Counted from the first letter of the stretch, positions 1 through 8,475 are shown. The stretch is DNA of 20,000 bases from an uncultured virus (IMG/VR IMGVR_UViG_3300025853_007458) (IMGVR_UViG_3300025853_007458), one strand, 5' to 3'. Notes: generated from the letters alone by a model not told the origin. Numbers and translations are program-made.

Positions 1-2
1 AA

Positions 3-881
3 TTACCTAAACTTGGTATACGAGGTGTTGTACAAGGTGACTTGTTATTTACATCAGGAGATATTAAGTCGGTATCTATACGAGGTGAAGATGCTATCGC
101 ATTTACACCAAACACTATAACATATGCTGTTCCAGAAAATACTGACCTTGCTAAAAGAATTAAAAGAGCTAAGTTAGGCATTATCTTTCACACTACTTAC
201 AATGGCCGAAAGATGTCTAACCTAAAAGCAAGCTTTGGCGTCAATGTAAATCGTTTTACAAAGACGCCAGCAGTATTCTTTGATGACGCAAGTTACAAAG
301 ACTCATCTGGTGTTGCTACATTTACAACTGCTGAAAGTGATCAGTACGATAATATGTTAAGAATGGCAATGGGATCAATTTCAAAAGGTAAAGTTATTTT
401 AGATTTGTTAAAAAGACAAACAAATATGTTATCAGTTGGTGCAAGATTAAAGATTTTCTTCAATACAAAAATAAGAGAAGGTCAAACTATTAGTAATGTA
501 AAAGGATTACAATCAGATTTTAGAAAGTACTATGCTTCAGTTTTAGATGATGAGATGTCAAGTAAAAAAACAGAAGCTGCAAAAAGTAAATACAAAACAA
601 TAAGAGATGATGGTTTAAAATTTATTGATAGATATGATAATGAAATATATTTTGCAATTGCAAGTTATGTAACTTTACAAAAAGTTAAAAATTATCTTGT
701 AAGTAAAATGAATCAAATTAAATCAATAGGAACTTTTTTACAAAAAGGTAATGGATTTGAAGTAACAAATCCAGAAGGTTATGTTGCTGTAGATAGAATG
801 GGCAACGCCGTTAAATTAGTAGATAGATTAGAGTTTAGTACAGCAAACTTTACATTAGCAAAGAATTGGATTAAAGGATAA
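3..881 (+). CDS. 5'-truncated conserved T4-like phage protein (DUF6267-like), possibly of the ATP-dependent ligase/nucleotidyltransferase fold
   Basis: The frame is open from position 3 (LPKLGIRGVVQGDLLFT...), so the true start lies upstream of the window. Motifs VQGDLLF, FTPNTITY, PEGYVAVD and KLVDRLEFS resemble ligase motifs III, IIIa, IV and V. Confidence 0.7.
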   Translation, partial: LPKLGIRGVVQGDLLFTSGDIKSVSIRGEDAIAFTPNTITYAVPENTDLAKRIKRAKLGIIFHTTYNGRKMSNLKASFGVNVNRFTKTPAVFFDDASYKDSSGVATFTTAESDQYDNMLRMAMGSISKGKVILDLLKRQTNMLSVGARLKIFFNTKIREGQTISNVKGLQSDFRKYYASVLDDEMSSKKTEAAKSKYKTIRDDGLKFIDRYDNEIYFAIASYVTLQKVKNYLVSKMNQIKSIGTFLQKGNGFEVTNPEGYVAVDRMGNAVKLVDRLEFSTANFTLAKNWIKG

Positions 882-2236
882 TGGCAAATTTTAGAAAAGA
901 CACACAAGAATTTGGACCTAGAGGCCACGATAAAACGGTCTTTGAAGTACCAATGATAGCAACAAATGACGGTAATGTTGTAACACAAACAAATCCATTT
1001 CCTGTTACAATATCAAGTATCAGTCAATCAAGCTCAGCAGAAACTAATACAGACGCTTTTGGTAGACAAAGAATATCATCACCACTAACACTATTTGATT
1101 CCTCACATAGATTTTCTGATAATGATTTATGGAATGAAGATATTACAGGTGACGCTTCATCAACCTTTCAAATAAATGAGGGTCTAGTAGATTTAACAGT
1201 TGGCGATAATGCTAATGATGAAATTATTAGAGAAACAAAAAAAGTAATGACTTATCAACCTGGTAAATCATTGTTAATTTTAAATTCTTTTGTATTTAAT
1301 GCTGCTAAAACTGGATTAAGACAAAGAATAGGATATTTTGGAACAGACAATGGTATCTATTTAGAACAAGATGGTACAGATGTTTATATAGTAGAAAGAA
1401 GTAAAGTATCAGGTTCAGTTGTAGAAAGTAAAATTGCTCAAGCAGATTGGAATGTAGATAAATTAGATGGCACAGGTACAACAGGCTATACTTTAGATTT
1501 AACAAAAGCACAAATTCAATATATAGATTTAGAATGGTTAGGTATAGGAACCGTAAGAGTAGGTTTTGTTATTAATGGTAGATTTGTAGTTGCTCACGCT
1601 TTTCATCACGCAAATTTAGTAACAGGAACATATATTACTACAGCTTCTTTACCTTTAAGAATAGAAATTAAACAACAGACAGAATTGGGTGACAGCACCA
1701 CAGCAACACTAAAACAAGTTTGTTCTAGTGTTATGAGTGAAGGTGGTTATCAATTAAGAGGTTTACAACAAGCAGTTGGTACAGTAATTACTTCTCCTTA
1801 TGAATTAACTACTGCTGGTACTTTTTATCCTGTTGTTTCTATACGATTAAAGTCAACAAGATTAGACGCAGCTGCTATTCTTACTGCTTTATCTATTTTA
1901 GGAACAGGAAATGGTATTTTTTATAATTGGCAAGTCGCAGCTGGAGGAACAGTTACAACAAGTTGGACTTCAGCTGGCACTAATTCATCTGTTGAATATT
2001 CAATTTCAGGAACAGCTTATACACTAGGTACAGGTAGAATATTAGCTAGTGGTTTTATGGCTTCTAATAATCAATCTAGTGCAGCTACTAATATTCTTAA
2101 AGAAGCGTTATTTAAATTTCAATTAGAAAGAAATACATTTACGGGTGTAGCAGAACCTATAACTCTTTTAATGTCTAGTGGTACTGATACGCAAGATGTG
2201 TATGCTTCTATGGATTGGGAAGAAATTAGTAGATAA
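881..2236 (+). CDS. Hypothetical beta-rich protein, probable virion structural protein (451 aa)
   Basis: Long ORF coupled to both neighbours by TAATG overlaps, with AAGGA upstream. Thr/Gly/Ser-rich, with DAFGRQRIS, YQPGKS and EWLGIGTVRVG motifs that I recall from phage structural proteins. Confidence 0.55.
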   Translation: MANFRKDTQEFGPRGHDKTVFEVPMIATNDGNVVTQTNPFPVTISSISQSSSAETNTDAFGRQRISSPLTLFDSSHRFSDNDLWNEDITGDASSTFQINEGLVDLTVGDNANDEIIRETKKVMTYQPGKSLLILNSFVFNAAKTGLRQRIGYFGTDNGIYLEQDGTDVYIVERSKVSGSVVESKIAQADWNVDKLDGTGTTGYTLDLTKAQIQYIDLEWLGIGTVRVGFVINGRFVVAHAFHHANLVTGTYITTASLPLRIEIKQQTELGDSTTATLKQVCSSVMSEGGYQLRGLQQAVGTVITSPYELTTAGTFYPVVSIRLKSTRLDAAAILTALSILGTGNGIFYNWQVAAGGTVTTSWTSAGTNSSVEYSISGTAYTLGTGRILASGFMASNNQSSAATNILKEALFKFQLERNTFTGVAEPITLLMSSGTDTQDVYASMDWEEISR

Positions 2237-2823
2237 TGAAAAGTTTTAGAGATTTTATATTTGAACAATTAGGTAGAATGAGAATTATTATGTTAGGTGG
2301 ACCTGGTTCAGGTAAATCAACCTATACAGAATACTTAATTAAACACTTTGATATTACACATATCTATCCAGGCGGTATGTTAAGAAAAGAAATTGAAAAA
2401 GGTTCAGAAATAGGACAGATTGCAAAAGATATAGTATCAAAAGGTGAGTTTGTTCCTAATCAAATAGTATTAGATTTAATTAGTAAAAAAGTTGAAGAAA
2501 GTCCTAAAGGTTATGTACTTGATGGATGGCCAAGATATATGCAACAAGTTGAAGATATGGAAAAAGCAGAAATAGGTTATGACTATGCAGTATTTTTAGA
2601 TGTAAGTACCGAAGAAGTAATGAGAAGATTACTTGCAAGAGGTAGAGCAGATGATACGAAAGAGATTATAGGTAATAGAATAGAATTATATAAAAAAGAA
2701 ACAGGTCCTGTAATAGAATATTTAAGAAAGAAACCAGGATTTTTAGAAATAAAAGCAGAGGGTGGTACACCTGAAGATACTGCTAACGAAATTATAAGAA
2801 GAATAGAAAATGAAAGTAAATAG
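2236..2823 (+). CDS. adk: Adenylate kinase (short LID type) with N-terminal capsid-targeting-like leader
   Basis: P-loop GGPGSGKST, HIYPGGMLRKEI, GEFVP, GYVLDGWPR and RGRADD are adenylate kinase signatures. N-terminus is MKSFRDFIFE. Confidence 0.9.
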   Translation: MKSFRDFIFEQLGRMRIIMLGGPGSGKSTYTEYLIKHFDITHIYPGGMLRKEIEKGSEIGQIAKDIVSKGEFVPNQIVLDLISKKVEESPKGYVLDGWPRYMQQVEDMEKAEIGYDYAVFLDVSTEEVMRRLLARGRADDTKEIIGNRIELYKKETGPVIEYLRKKPGFLEIKAEGGTPEDTANEIIRRIENESK

Positions 2824-3499
2824 TTTTATACAACATTTAGCAGAGGGTGTTTACGACCCAGGAATATTTAAAGCATTTTTTCTTGCTGGTGGTCCTGGTT
2901 CAGGTAAAACATTTGTTACTCAAAGTACATTTTCAGGTACAGGATTAAAAGTTGTAAATTCTGATACATCATTTGAAAGAAATTTAAAACAAGCAAACTT
3001 ATCTTTAAGTATGCCAGATGAAGAAACATATTTTAGAAACATTTTACGAAATGCAGCCAAAAGAACTGCTATCTCACAGTTAAATAAATATGTAGAAGGA
3101 AGACTTGGTTTAGTAGTTGATAGCACAGGAAGAGATTATGATATGATTGCCAGACAACACAGTATGCTAAAGCAAATGGGTTATGATTGTTATATGGTAT
3201 TTGTAAATACAACGTTAGATGTAGCGTTAGCAAGAAACGCTAGACGTGAAAGAACTATTCCTGAATATATTACAAAGTCAAGTTGGGAAGGTGTGCAAAA
3301 TAACATTGGTAAATTTCAAAGACTATTTGGTTTAAATAATTTTTTAGTTGTAGATAACAATAAGTCTGATTTAGAACTTGTTACACTCACAATGAATAGA
3401 GTTGGTAAAATGGTAAGAAGATTTATGAGAACACCTGTACAAAATTATATTGCAAAACAATGGATGAAAAAAGAATTAGAGGCACGTAAAAGAATATGA
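2810..3499 (+). CDS. P-loop kinase, Zeta-toxin/AAA_33-like
   Basis: FLAGGPGSGKT Walker A, VVNSD, LVVDSTG and FVNTTLDVALARNARRERTIP (RxxxR lid) match the Zeta/Pnk-like kinase pattern. N-terminus is MKVNSFIQHLAE. Confidence 0.8.
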   Translation: MKVNSFIQHLAEGVYDPGIFKAFFLAGGPGSGKTFVTQSTFSGTGLKVVNSDTSFERNLKQANLSLSMPDEETYFRNILRNAAKRTAISQLNKYVEGRLGLVVDSTGRDYDMIARQHSMLKQMGYDCYMVFVNTTLDVALARNARRERTIPEYITKSSWEGVQNNIGKFQRLFGLNNFLVVDNNKSDLELVTLTMNRVGKMVRRFMRTPVQNYIAKQWMKKELEARKRI

Positions 3500-6285
3500 G
3501 ATTTAAAGATTTTTTAAAAGAGTCTATAATTGACATACCAAGACAAACGTATGCAAAAGGTGTATTTGATAAAGCAGATACTCCTAATCCAGTATTAAAA
3601 CCATCAGTAAAAAAATTAGTATTAGATGGTATAAAGACATTTGAGAAATTTGGTAAAGTAGTTAAGTATACCTTAATTGGTTCAATACTTACAAAACAAT
3701 ATAGAGCTGATGCAGACCTTGACATTAATATCTTATTTAATATACCTGGTTCAAAAGAAGAACAAGAAAAGGTACATGATGAGATTAGAGAATATCAAGG
3801 ACAGATAAATGGTAAAAATATACCAGGCACACAGCATCCTATCAACTACTTTTCCATCATAGATCCTGTAACATTTAATAAGGCAAGGGACATGGCTGAT
3901 GGTACTTTTGATATCGACTCTAACAAGTGGATCAAAAAACCAGAACCTGGCACCTTTGAACCTGAAAAATACGTTACGGATTTTCAGAAGCGTGTTTCTG
4001 AAATAGATGTTGTTAAAGGTGAACTTATACGAGATATGATTGATTATGAGGAACTAAAAGACTTAACAGGTAACGACATAAAAAACTTGTCAAGTTTAGT
4101 TTCTAAAAAGTTAGACGAAATTAAATCTTCTATTAACACTCTAATTGATATTGGTGACAAAACTATTGCAGACCGAAAGGATGCTTTTAGTACAGATATG
4201 TCACCAGACGAAATCAGAAAGTTTGGTGTAAAGAACCGACTTCCCAAAAATGTGATTTATAAAATGTTAGAAAAGTATCATTATCTCAAATTTTTCAAAA
4301 AGTTGAAAGAGATTATGGAAGACGGTAAAATATCACCAGACGAACTGAAATCATTATCAAAAATAAAAGAGGCCAAGGGTAGATCAATTGCATTTACCTT
4401 TGGCCGATTTAATCCACCTACAATAGGACACGAAAAACTTATTAACAAAGTGGCACAACAAAGAACAGATGATTACAGAATTTATTTAAGTAAATCTGAA
4501 GACACATCTAAAAACCCATTGAATGCTAGAGTTAAGTTAGCAACAATGAAACAAATGTTTCCTAGACATAGCAGAAACATACTACTTAATCCATCAAACA
4601 TGATATTGGATATTGTAACTGATTTACATAAAAGAGGTTACTCAAACATAACGATGGTTGCAGGTAGTGATAGAGTAAGAGAATTTGATACTATCTTAAA
4701 AAAATATAACGGCGTTAAGAGCCGTCATGGTCTATATGACTTTGATAGTATATCTGTAGCTTCAGCAGGAGAAAGAGATCCTGACGCTGAAGGTGCTACG
4801 GGAATGAGTGCTAGTAAAATGAGAGCGGCTGCAAAATCAAAAGACTTTGCAAGTTTCAAAAAAGGACTGCCGTCTGGTTTTGCTAACTCAAAAAATGCAC
4901 AAGACTTATTTAGAAATGTAAGAAAAGGAATGATGTTAGCGGCTTCGTTTGACGCTGATAGTGCATTTAGATTTAAACCATTTATAACTGCCTCAACAAA
5001 AGAGGAGTTAGATAAAATGACATTAAGGGACAAATATATTTCAGAGCATTTATATGATGTAGGAGATATAGTTGACGATATGGAGAATAATGTAACTGGT
5101 GTCATTGTAAGAAGAGGAACAAACTATGTTACCTTGGAAGACGAGGAGATGAGCCTACACAAATGTTGGTTATATAATATTATGGAAACTCCTGTCTATT
5201 CAATTAAGTTGGAGAAACGATCAATGAACTTAAAAGAGAAAAGAAAATTAGCGTATGATAAAGAAACAGATCAACCTAAAAAATACGTTGCAGGATTATC
5301 AGACAAAGAGAAAAAGGCACATGATAGACACCTAGAAAAACAAGGTAAAAAATCAGATAGTGACAAGTCTGCTTATAAACAATCACCTGCTGACAAAGTA
5401 GCAAAAACAAAACCTAGTAAACATACAAAACGTTTCAAACAAATGTATGGAGAATTGAAGACAAAATCAGAAAAAGAACCTCAACATAGAGGTAATGAAT
5501 TTAATACAGATGGTATACCAGAAGCCTATGAAATAGGACATGATTGGGCAAAATATACATCTTCAATAACACCAGGCGAAAAACACTACAATCCTAAGTA
5601 TCAAGGCGGTTCTTATAGTCCAAGTAAACATAGTGATAATTTAATTAATGTTAACGCAAGTAAGGATATAAGCATGACAGATAATAAAAAAGTTGAGCTA
5701 AAAGATATAGAAGAATGGGCAAGTAAAGAAGAAACTATTAATAAATATAAGGAAAGATATGGGGAAGAGTGGCAATCTAAAATTGAAGAAACATACAATA
5801 AAATGTTCAATAAAGTGATTGACACCAACACAAATATGCAAGAAGGAAGAATGAAGGATATCGCAATAGACCTTAAATCTAAGGACGAAGGCGGATTAGA
5901 TCCAGAGGAATTTCAAAGAAAGTACAACAAATCTAAAGCAGAAATGAGAAAAGATTTAGGTGCTACTGAAGGCTTTAAGTTAACGTTTAAAGACTTTATG
6001 AAAGAAGAAGCAGACGAGTGGGGAATTTTCCCATCACAAATTACAGAAGCAGAACATCAAGGTAAAAAAGTTACTTTGAACAAACCTGTTAGAGGTGGTT
6101 CTAAAAAGTTTTATGTTTACACAAAAGGACCTAACGACAACATAGTCAAAGTATCATTTGGTGATCCTAATATGGAAATTAAAAGAGATAATCCTGCAAG
6201 AAGAAGAAGCTTCAGAGCAAGACATAACTGTGATAATCCAGGACCTAAATGGAAAGCAAGATATTGGAGTTGCAAAAAATGGTAA
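3496..6285 (+). CDS. 929-aa multidomain protein: Pol-beta-type nucleotidyltransferase + HIGH-motif (cytidyltransferase/NMNAT-like) domain + SH3-like and small basic modules
   Basis: LIGSILTKQYRADADLDINI fits hGSx(9-13)DhDh (about 3673-3732). FTFGRFNPPTIGHEKL, KNPL, MVAGSDR and GMSASKMR define a HIGH nucleotidyltransferase (from about 4372). The C-terminal SFRARHNC...ARYWSCKKW module is DUF6321-like. Confidence 0.8.
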   Translation: MRFKDFLKESIIDIPRQTYAKGVFDKADTPNPVLKPSVKKLVLDGIKTFEKFGKVVKYTLIGSILTKQYRADADLDINILFNIPGSKEEQEKVHDEIREYQGQINGKNIPGTQHPINYFSIIDPVTFNKARDMADGTFDIDSNKWIKKPEPGTFEPEKYVTDFQKRVSEIDVVKGELIRDMIDYEELKDLTGNDIKNLSSLVSKKLDEIKSSINTLIDIGDKTIADRKDAFSTDMSPDEIRKFGVKNRLPKNVIYKMLEKYHYLKFFKKLKEIMEDGKISPDELKSLSKIKEAKGRSIAFTFGRFNPPTIGHEKLINKVAQQRTDDYRIYLSKSEDTSKNPLNARVKLATMKQMFPRHSRNILLNPSNMILDIVTDLHKRGYSNITMVAGSDRVREFDTILKKYNGVKSRHGLYDFDSISVASAGERDPDAEGATGMSASKMRAAAKSKDFASFKKGLPSGFANSKNAQDLFRNVRKGMMLAASFDADSAFRFKPFITASTKEELDKMTLRDKYISEHLYDVGDIVDDMENNVTGVIVRRGTNYVTLEDEEMSLHKCWLYNIMETPVYSIKLEKRSMNLKEKRKLAYDKETDQPKKYVAGLSDKEKKAHDRHLEKQGKKSDSDKSAYKQSPADKVAKTKPSKHTKRFKQMYGELKTKSEKEPQHRGNEFNTDGIPEAYEIGHDWAKYTSSITPGEKHYNPKYQGGSYSPSKHSDNLINVNASKDISMTDNKKVELKDIEEWASKEETINKYKERYGEEWQSKIEETYNKMFNKVIDTNTNMQEGRMKDIAIDLKSKDEGGLDPEEFQRKYNKSKAEMRKDLGATEGFKLTFKDFMKEEADEWGIFPSQITEAEHQGKKVTLNKPVRGGSKKFYVYTKGPNDNIVKVSFGDPNMEIKRDNPARRRSFRARHNCDNPGPKWKARYWSCKKW

Positions 6286-7232
6286 CAAGATATAGAAGTG
6301 GATGGGATTACGAATCTCTAAATGAGTTTACAACTGTTTACGTTGCTAGATGGAGAGGTAAAGACGGTAAAAGATATGCGTCACCTTTTAAAACAAAAGA
6401 CTCTGCTGAAAAGAGAGCAAAAGAATTAAGAACACAAGGTAATTCTGAAGTATCCGTTACACAAGATACGTTAAAGGGAAATATTAAGTGGGCAAAAGAT
6501 AACGGACCTGATATAAAAGGAATGCAAAAAGAAGAAAAGTTTGAGTGTCCTAAATGTAAAGGTAAAGGTTGTGACCATTGTGGTGGCAAAGGTTATCATA
6601 TGAAAGAAAATGTTGGTGATTTTTATCAAAGTAAAATGACACCTCAACAAATTCAGAATATAAAGAAGACTTGGCAAGGTAAGAAAGCTTCAGACGTTAC
6701 ACCTGCTGTTAAGGCAATGATTAAACGATTAGATATACCTACACAGTTGGCAATTAGACAGGCAAACATACCTCATATTTCAAAATTAGTAGAGGACGCT
6801 TCTAAAGACGCTGAGAATATGGCGAAATTGAGAACACGTCAAATGTCATTACAAACTAAATTAAAAGATTTAGATCCAGGTGAACCTAAAGACAAAACAC
6901 CTATGGCTATAACTAAAAATGATATAGAGACCATACAAATGAAAATGGATCAGTTAAGAAGTAAAATGAAAAAAGAACAAGTACACCCAGCAAAATCTCT
7001 TATTGAAGCGATTACTGCTGTAAAAAACAAAGCAGAAAAAACAGGTATGCCTTATTCTATCTTAAAGAAAGTTTACGATAGAGGTATGGCTGCATGGAAA
7101 GGTGGTCATAGACCAGGCACTACACCTCAACAATGGGCTATGGCAAGAGTTAACAGTTTCGTAACTAAATCATCTGGTACTTGGGGTAAAGCAGATAAAG
7201 ATTTAGCAGCGAAAGTAAGGAGCAAAAAGTAA
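6279..7232 (+). CDS. Modular basic protein with a CxxCxGxG zinc finger and a C-terminal DUF5824-like domain
   Basis: The ATG at 6279 has GGAG at 6266-6269 and is preferred over the ORF-track start at 6249. Contains CPKCKGKGCDHCGGKG and VYDRGMAAWKGGHRPGTTPQQWAMARVNSF. Confidence 0.7.
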   Translation: MVTRYRSGWDYESLNEFTTVYVARWRGKDGKRYASPFKTKDSAEKRAKELRTQGNSEVSVTQDTLKGNIKWAKDNGPDIKGMQKEEKFECPKCKGKGCDHCGGKGYHMKENVGDFYQSKMTPQQIQNIKKTWQGKKASDVTPAVKAMIKRLDIPTQLAIRQANIPHISKLVEDASKDAENMAKLRTRQMSLQTKLKDLDPGEPKDKTPMAITKNDIETIQMKMDQLRSKMKKEQVHPAKSLIEAITAVKNKAEKTGMPYSILKKVYDRGMAAWKGGHRPGTTPQQWAMARVNSFVTKSSGTWGKADKDLAAKVRSKK

Positions 7233-7864
7233 TGAACAAAAAATATTTTGATACAAGAAAAGATAGCTTAGAGGATAAGATTAATACAATTGCTTCTGAA
7301 CAAGCTGCTATTTCAAAACCAGTATCAGACGTAAAATTATCAGTAGAAAAGAAATACTTTGAAAGTAAAAAAGGATCACTAGAAGATGTAGCAAGTAAAC
7401 TTGTTGAAAGTAAATTAGATCCAGTAAACAAAGACGCTGTTAAGAAAAAGTTTGATGATAGAAAAGATAAAGACATTGACAACGATGGCGATACAGATTC
7501 ATCTGATAAGTATCTACATAAAAGAAGAAAAGCAATTTCAAAAGCAACAAGTGAAGAAGTTGAACCTTGTGGATTAACTGCTGAAGCGTGTTGGGATTCT
7601 CATAAACAACAAGGTTACAAAATGAAAGGTGGCAAACGTGTCCCTAATTGTGTACCTAAAAATGAAGCAGTAAATCAGGACGATCATGGTGAGAAAATCA
7701 ACCAAGATAAAAAAGACGCTGCTATGAAGAAGACAGATCAAAAGAAACCATTTGACAAGTTAAGACAAGAAACTAAACTAGTTAGACTTGGGAACAATGG
7801 TAAGACAGATACAGGTCAAAAAGCTGCAGTTATAGACCTTGAACCGTCAGCAAAACCTATCTAG
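7232..7864 (+). CDS. Modular hypothetical protein (duplicated KKYFxxxxxSLED motif, DxDxDGD loop, CW...VPNCVP module)
   Basis: AAGGAG SD upstream and TAATG coupling to the previous gene. Motifs read directly from the translation. Confidence 0.7.
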   Translation: MNKKYFDTRKDSLEDKINTIASEQAAISKPVSDVKLSVEKKYFESKKGSLEDVASKLVESKLDPVNKDAVKKKFDDRKDKDIDNDGDTDSSDKYLHKRRKAISKATSEEVEPCGLTAEACWDSHKQQGYKMKGGKRVPNCVPKNEAVNQDDHGEKINQDKKDAAMKKTDQKKPFDKLRQETKLVRLGNNGKTDTGQKAAVIDLEPSAKPI

Positions 7865-7872
7865 TTGCGACA

Positions 7873-7890
7873 TTTTGTCAATTGACAAAA
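7873..7890. repeat. Perfect 18-bp palindrome TTTTGTCAATTGACAAAA overlapping the -35 box
   Basis: The sequence equals its own reverse complement. Confidence 0.9.
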
Positions 7891-7910
7891 GCACTATTAT
7901 ATGATAGTAT
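7882..7910 (+). promoter_or_regulatory. Sigma70-type (early) promoter for the HAD gene
   Basis: TTGACA (7882-7887), 17-nt spacer, TAGTAT (7905-7910) with TG at 7902-7903 (extended -10). An alternative TATAAT lies at 7908-7913. Confidence 0.7.
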
Positions 7911-7930
7911 AATAGTATAAGGAAAACACT

Positions 7931-8425
7931 ATGACTAAACCTATCATATATTGCGATATGGATGGAGTACTTGCAGATTTTAAAACAGGTGCTCAAAAAA
8001 CAACTGGTATGTCCATTAACAAATGGATGAATATACCATCTTCAAAAGAAAAATGGGGATTGATTAAATCTAAAAAAGACTTTTGGTCAACTCTTCCTTG
8101 GATGCCTGGTGGCAAACAACTCTGGTCTTACTTATCAAAATTTGATCCACATATACTATCAGCATACGTAGAAGAGTCGTTTGATCCTAACTGTATTCCT
8201 GGCAAAACTGAATGGCTAAGAAGAAATGCTGGAATGTCAAATCGTTCAAAAATCAATCTAGTACGAAGAAAAGAAAAGAAACTCTTTGCCAAAAGAGGTA
8301 ATCCTGCTATCTTAATTGATGACTATGAAAAAAACATAAGAGAATTTACACAAGCAGGTGGTACTGGTATTCATCACACAAACACATCAAATACTATATC
8401 TAAACTTAAAAAACTAGGTTTTTAA
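7931..8425 (+). CDS. HAD-superfamily 5'(3')-deoxyribonucleotidase-like phosphatase
   Basis: YCDMDGVLADF (motif I), ILS (motif II), GKTEWL and ILIDDYEKNIREF (motif IV). AAGGA SD upstream. Confidence 0.85.
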   Translation: MTKPIIYCDMDGVLADFKTGAQKTTGMSINKWMNIPSSKEKWGLIKSKKDFWSTLPWMPGGKQLWSYLSKFDPHILSAYVEESFDPNCIPGKTEWLRRNAGMSNRSKINLVRRKEKKLFAKRGNPAILIDDYEKNIREFTQAGGTGIHHTNTSNTISKLKKLGF

Positions 8426-8428
8426 TCT

Positions 8429-8436
8429 TATAAATA
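8429..8436 (+). promoter_or_regulatory. T4-type late promoter TATAAATA
   Basis: Exact gp55 consensus in an intergenic gap, 40 nt upstream of a gene with a strong AAGGAG SD. Confidence 0.8.
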
Positions 8437-8475
8437 GTACTGTTATATAACAATTACTAATTTAAGGAGAGATAT

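Noticed and set aside
42..44. TTG start given for the first ORF
   Set aside because: The frame is open to the window edge and includes the conserved-looking VQGD motif upstream, so the gene starts before the window.
2810..3499. Zeta/epsilon toxin-antitoxin module
   Set aside because: The kinase fold is Zeta-like, but there is no adjacent antitoxin-like gene and the context is a phage head-protein cluster; toxin activity is unsupported.
7853..7881. Divergent minus-strand promoter from the palindromic TTGACA
   Set aside because: The hexamer at 17-nt spacing on the minus strand is AGGTTT, not a -10 box.
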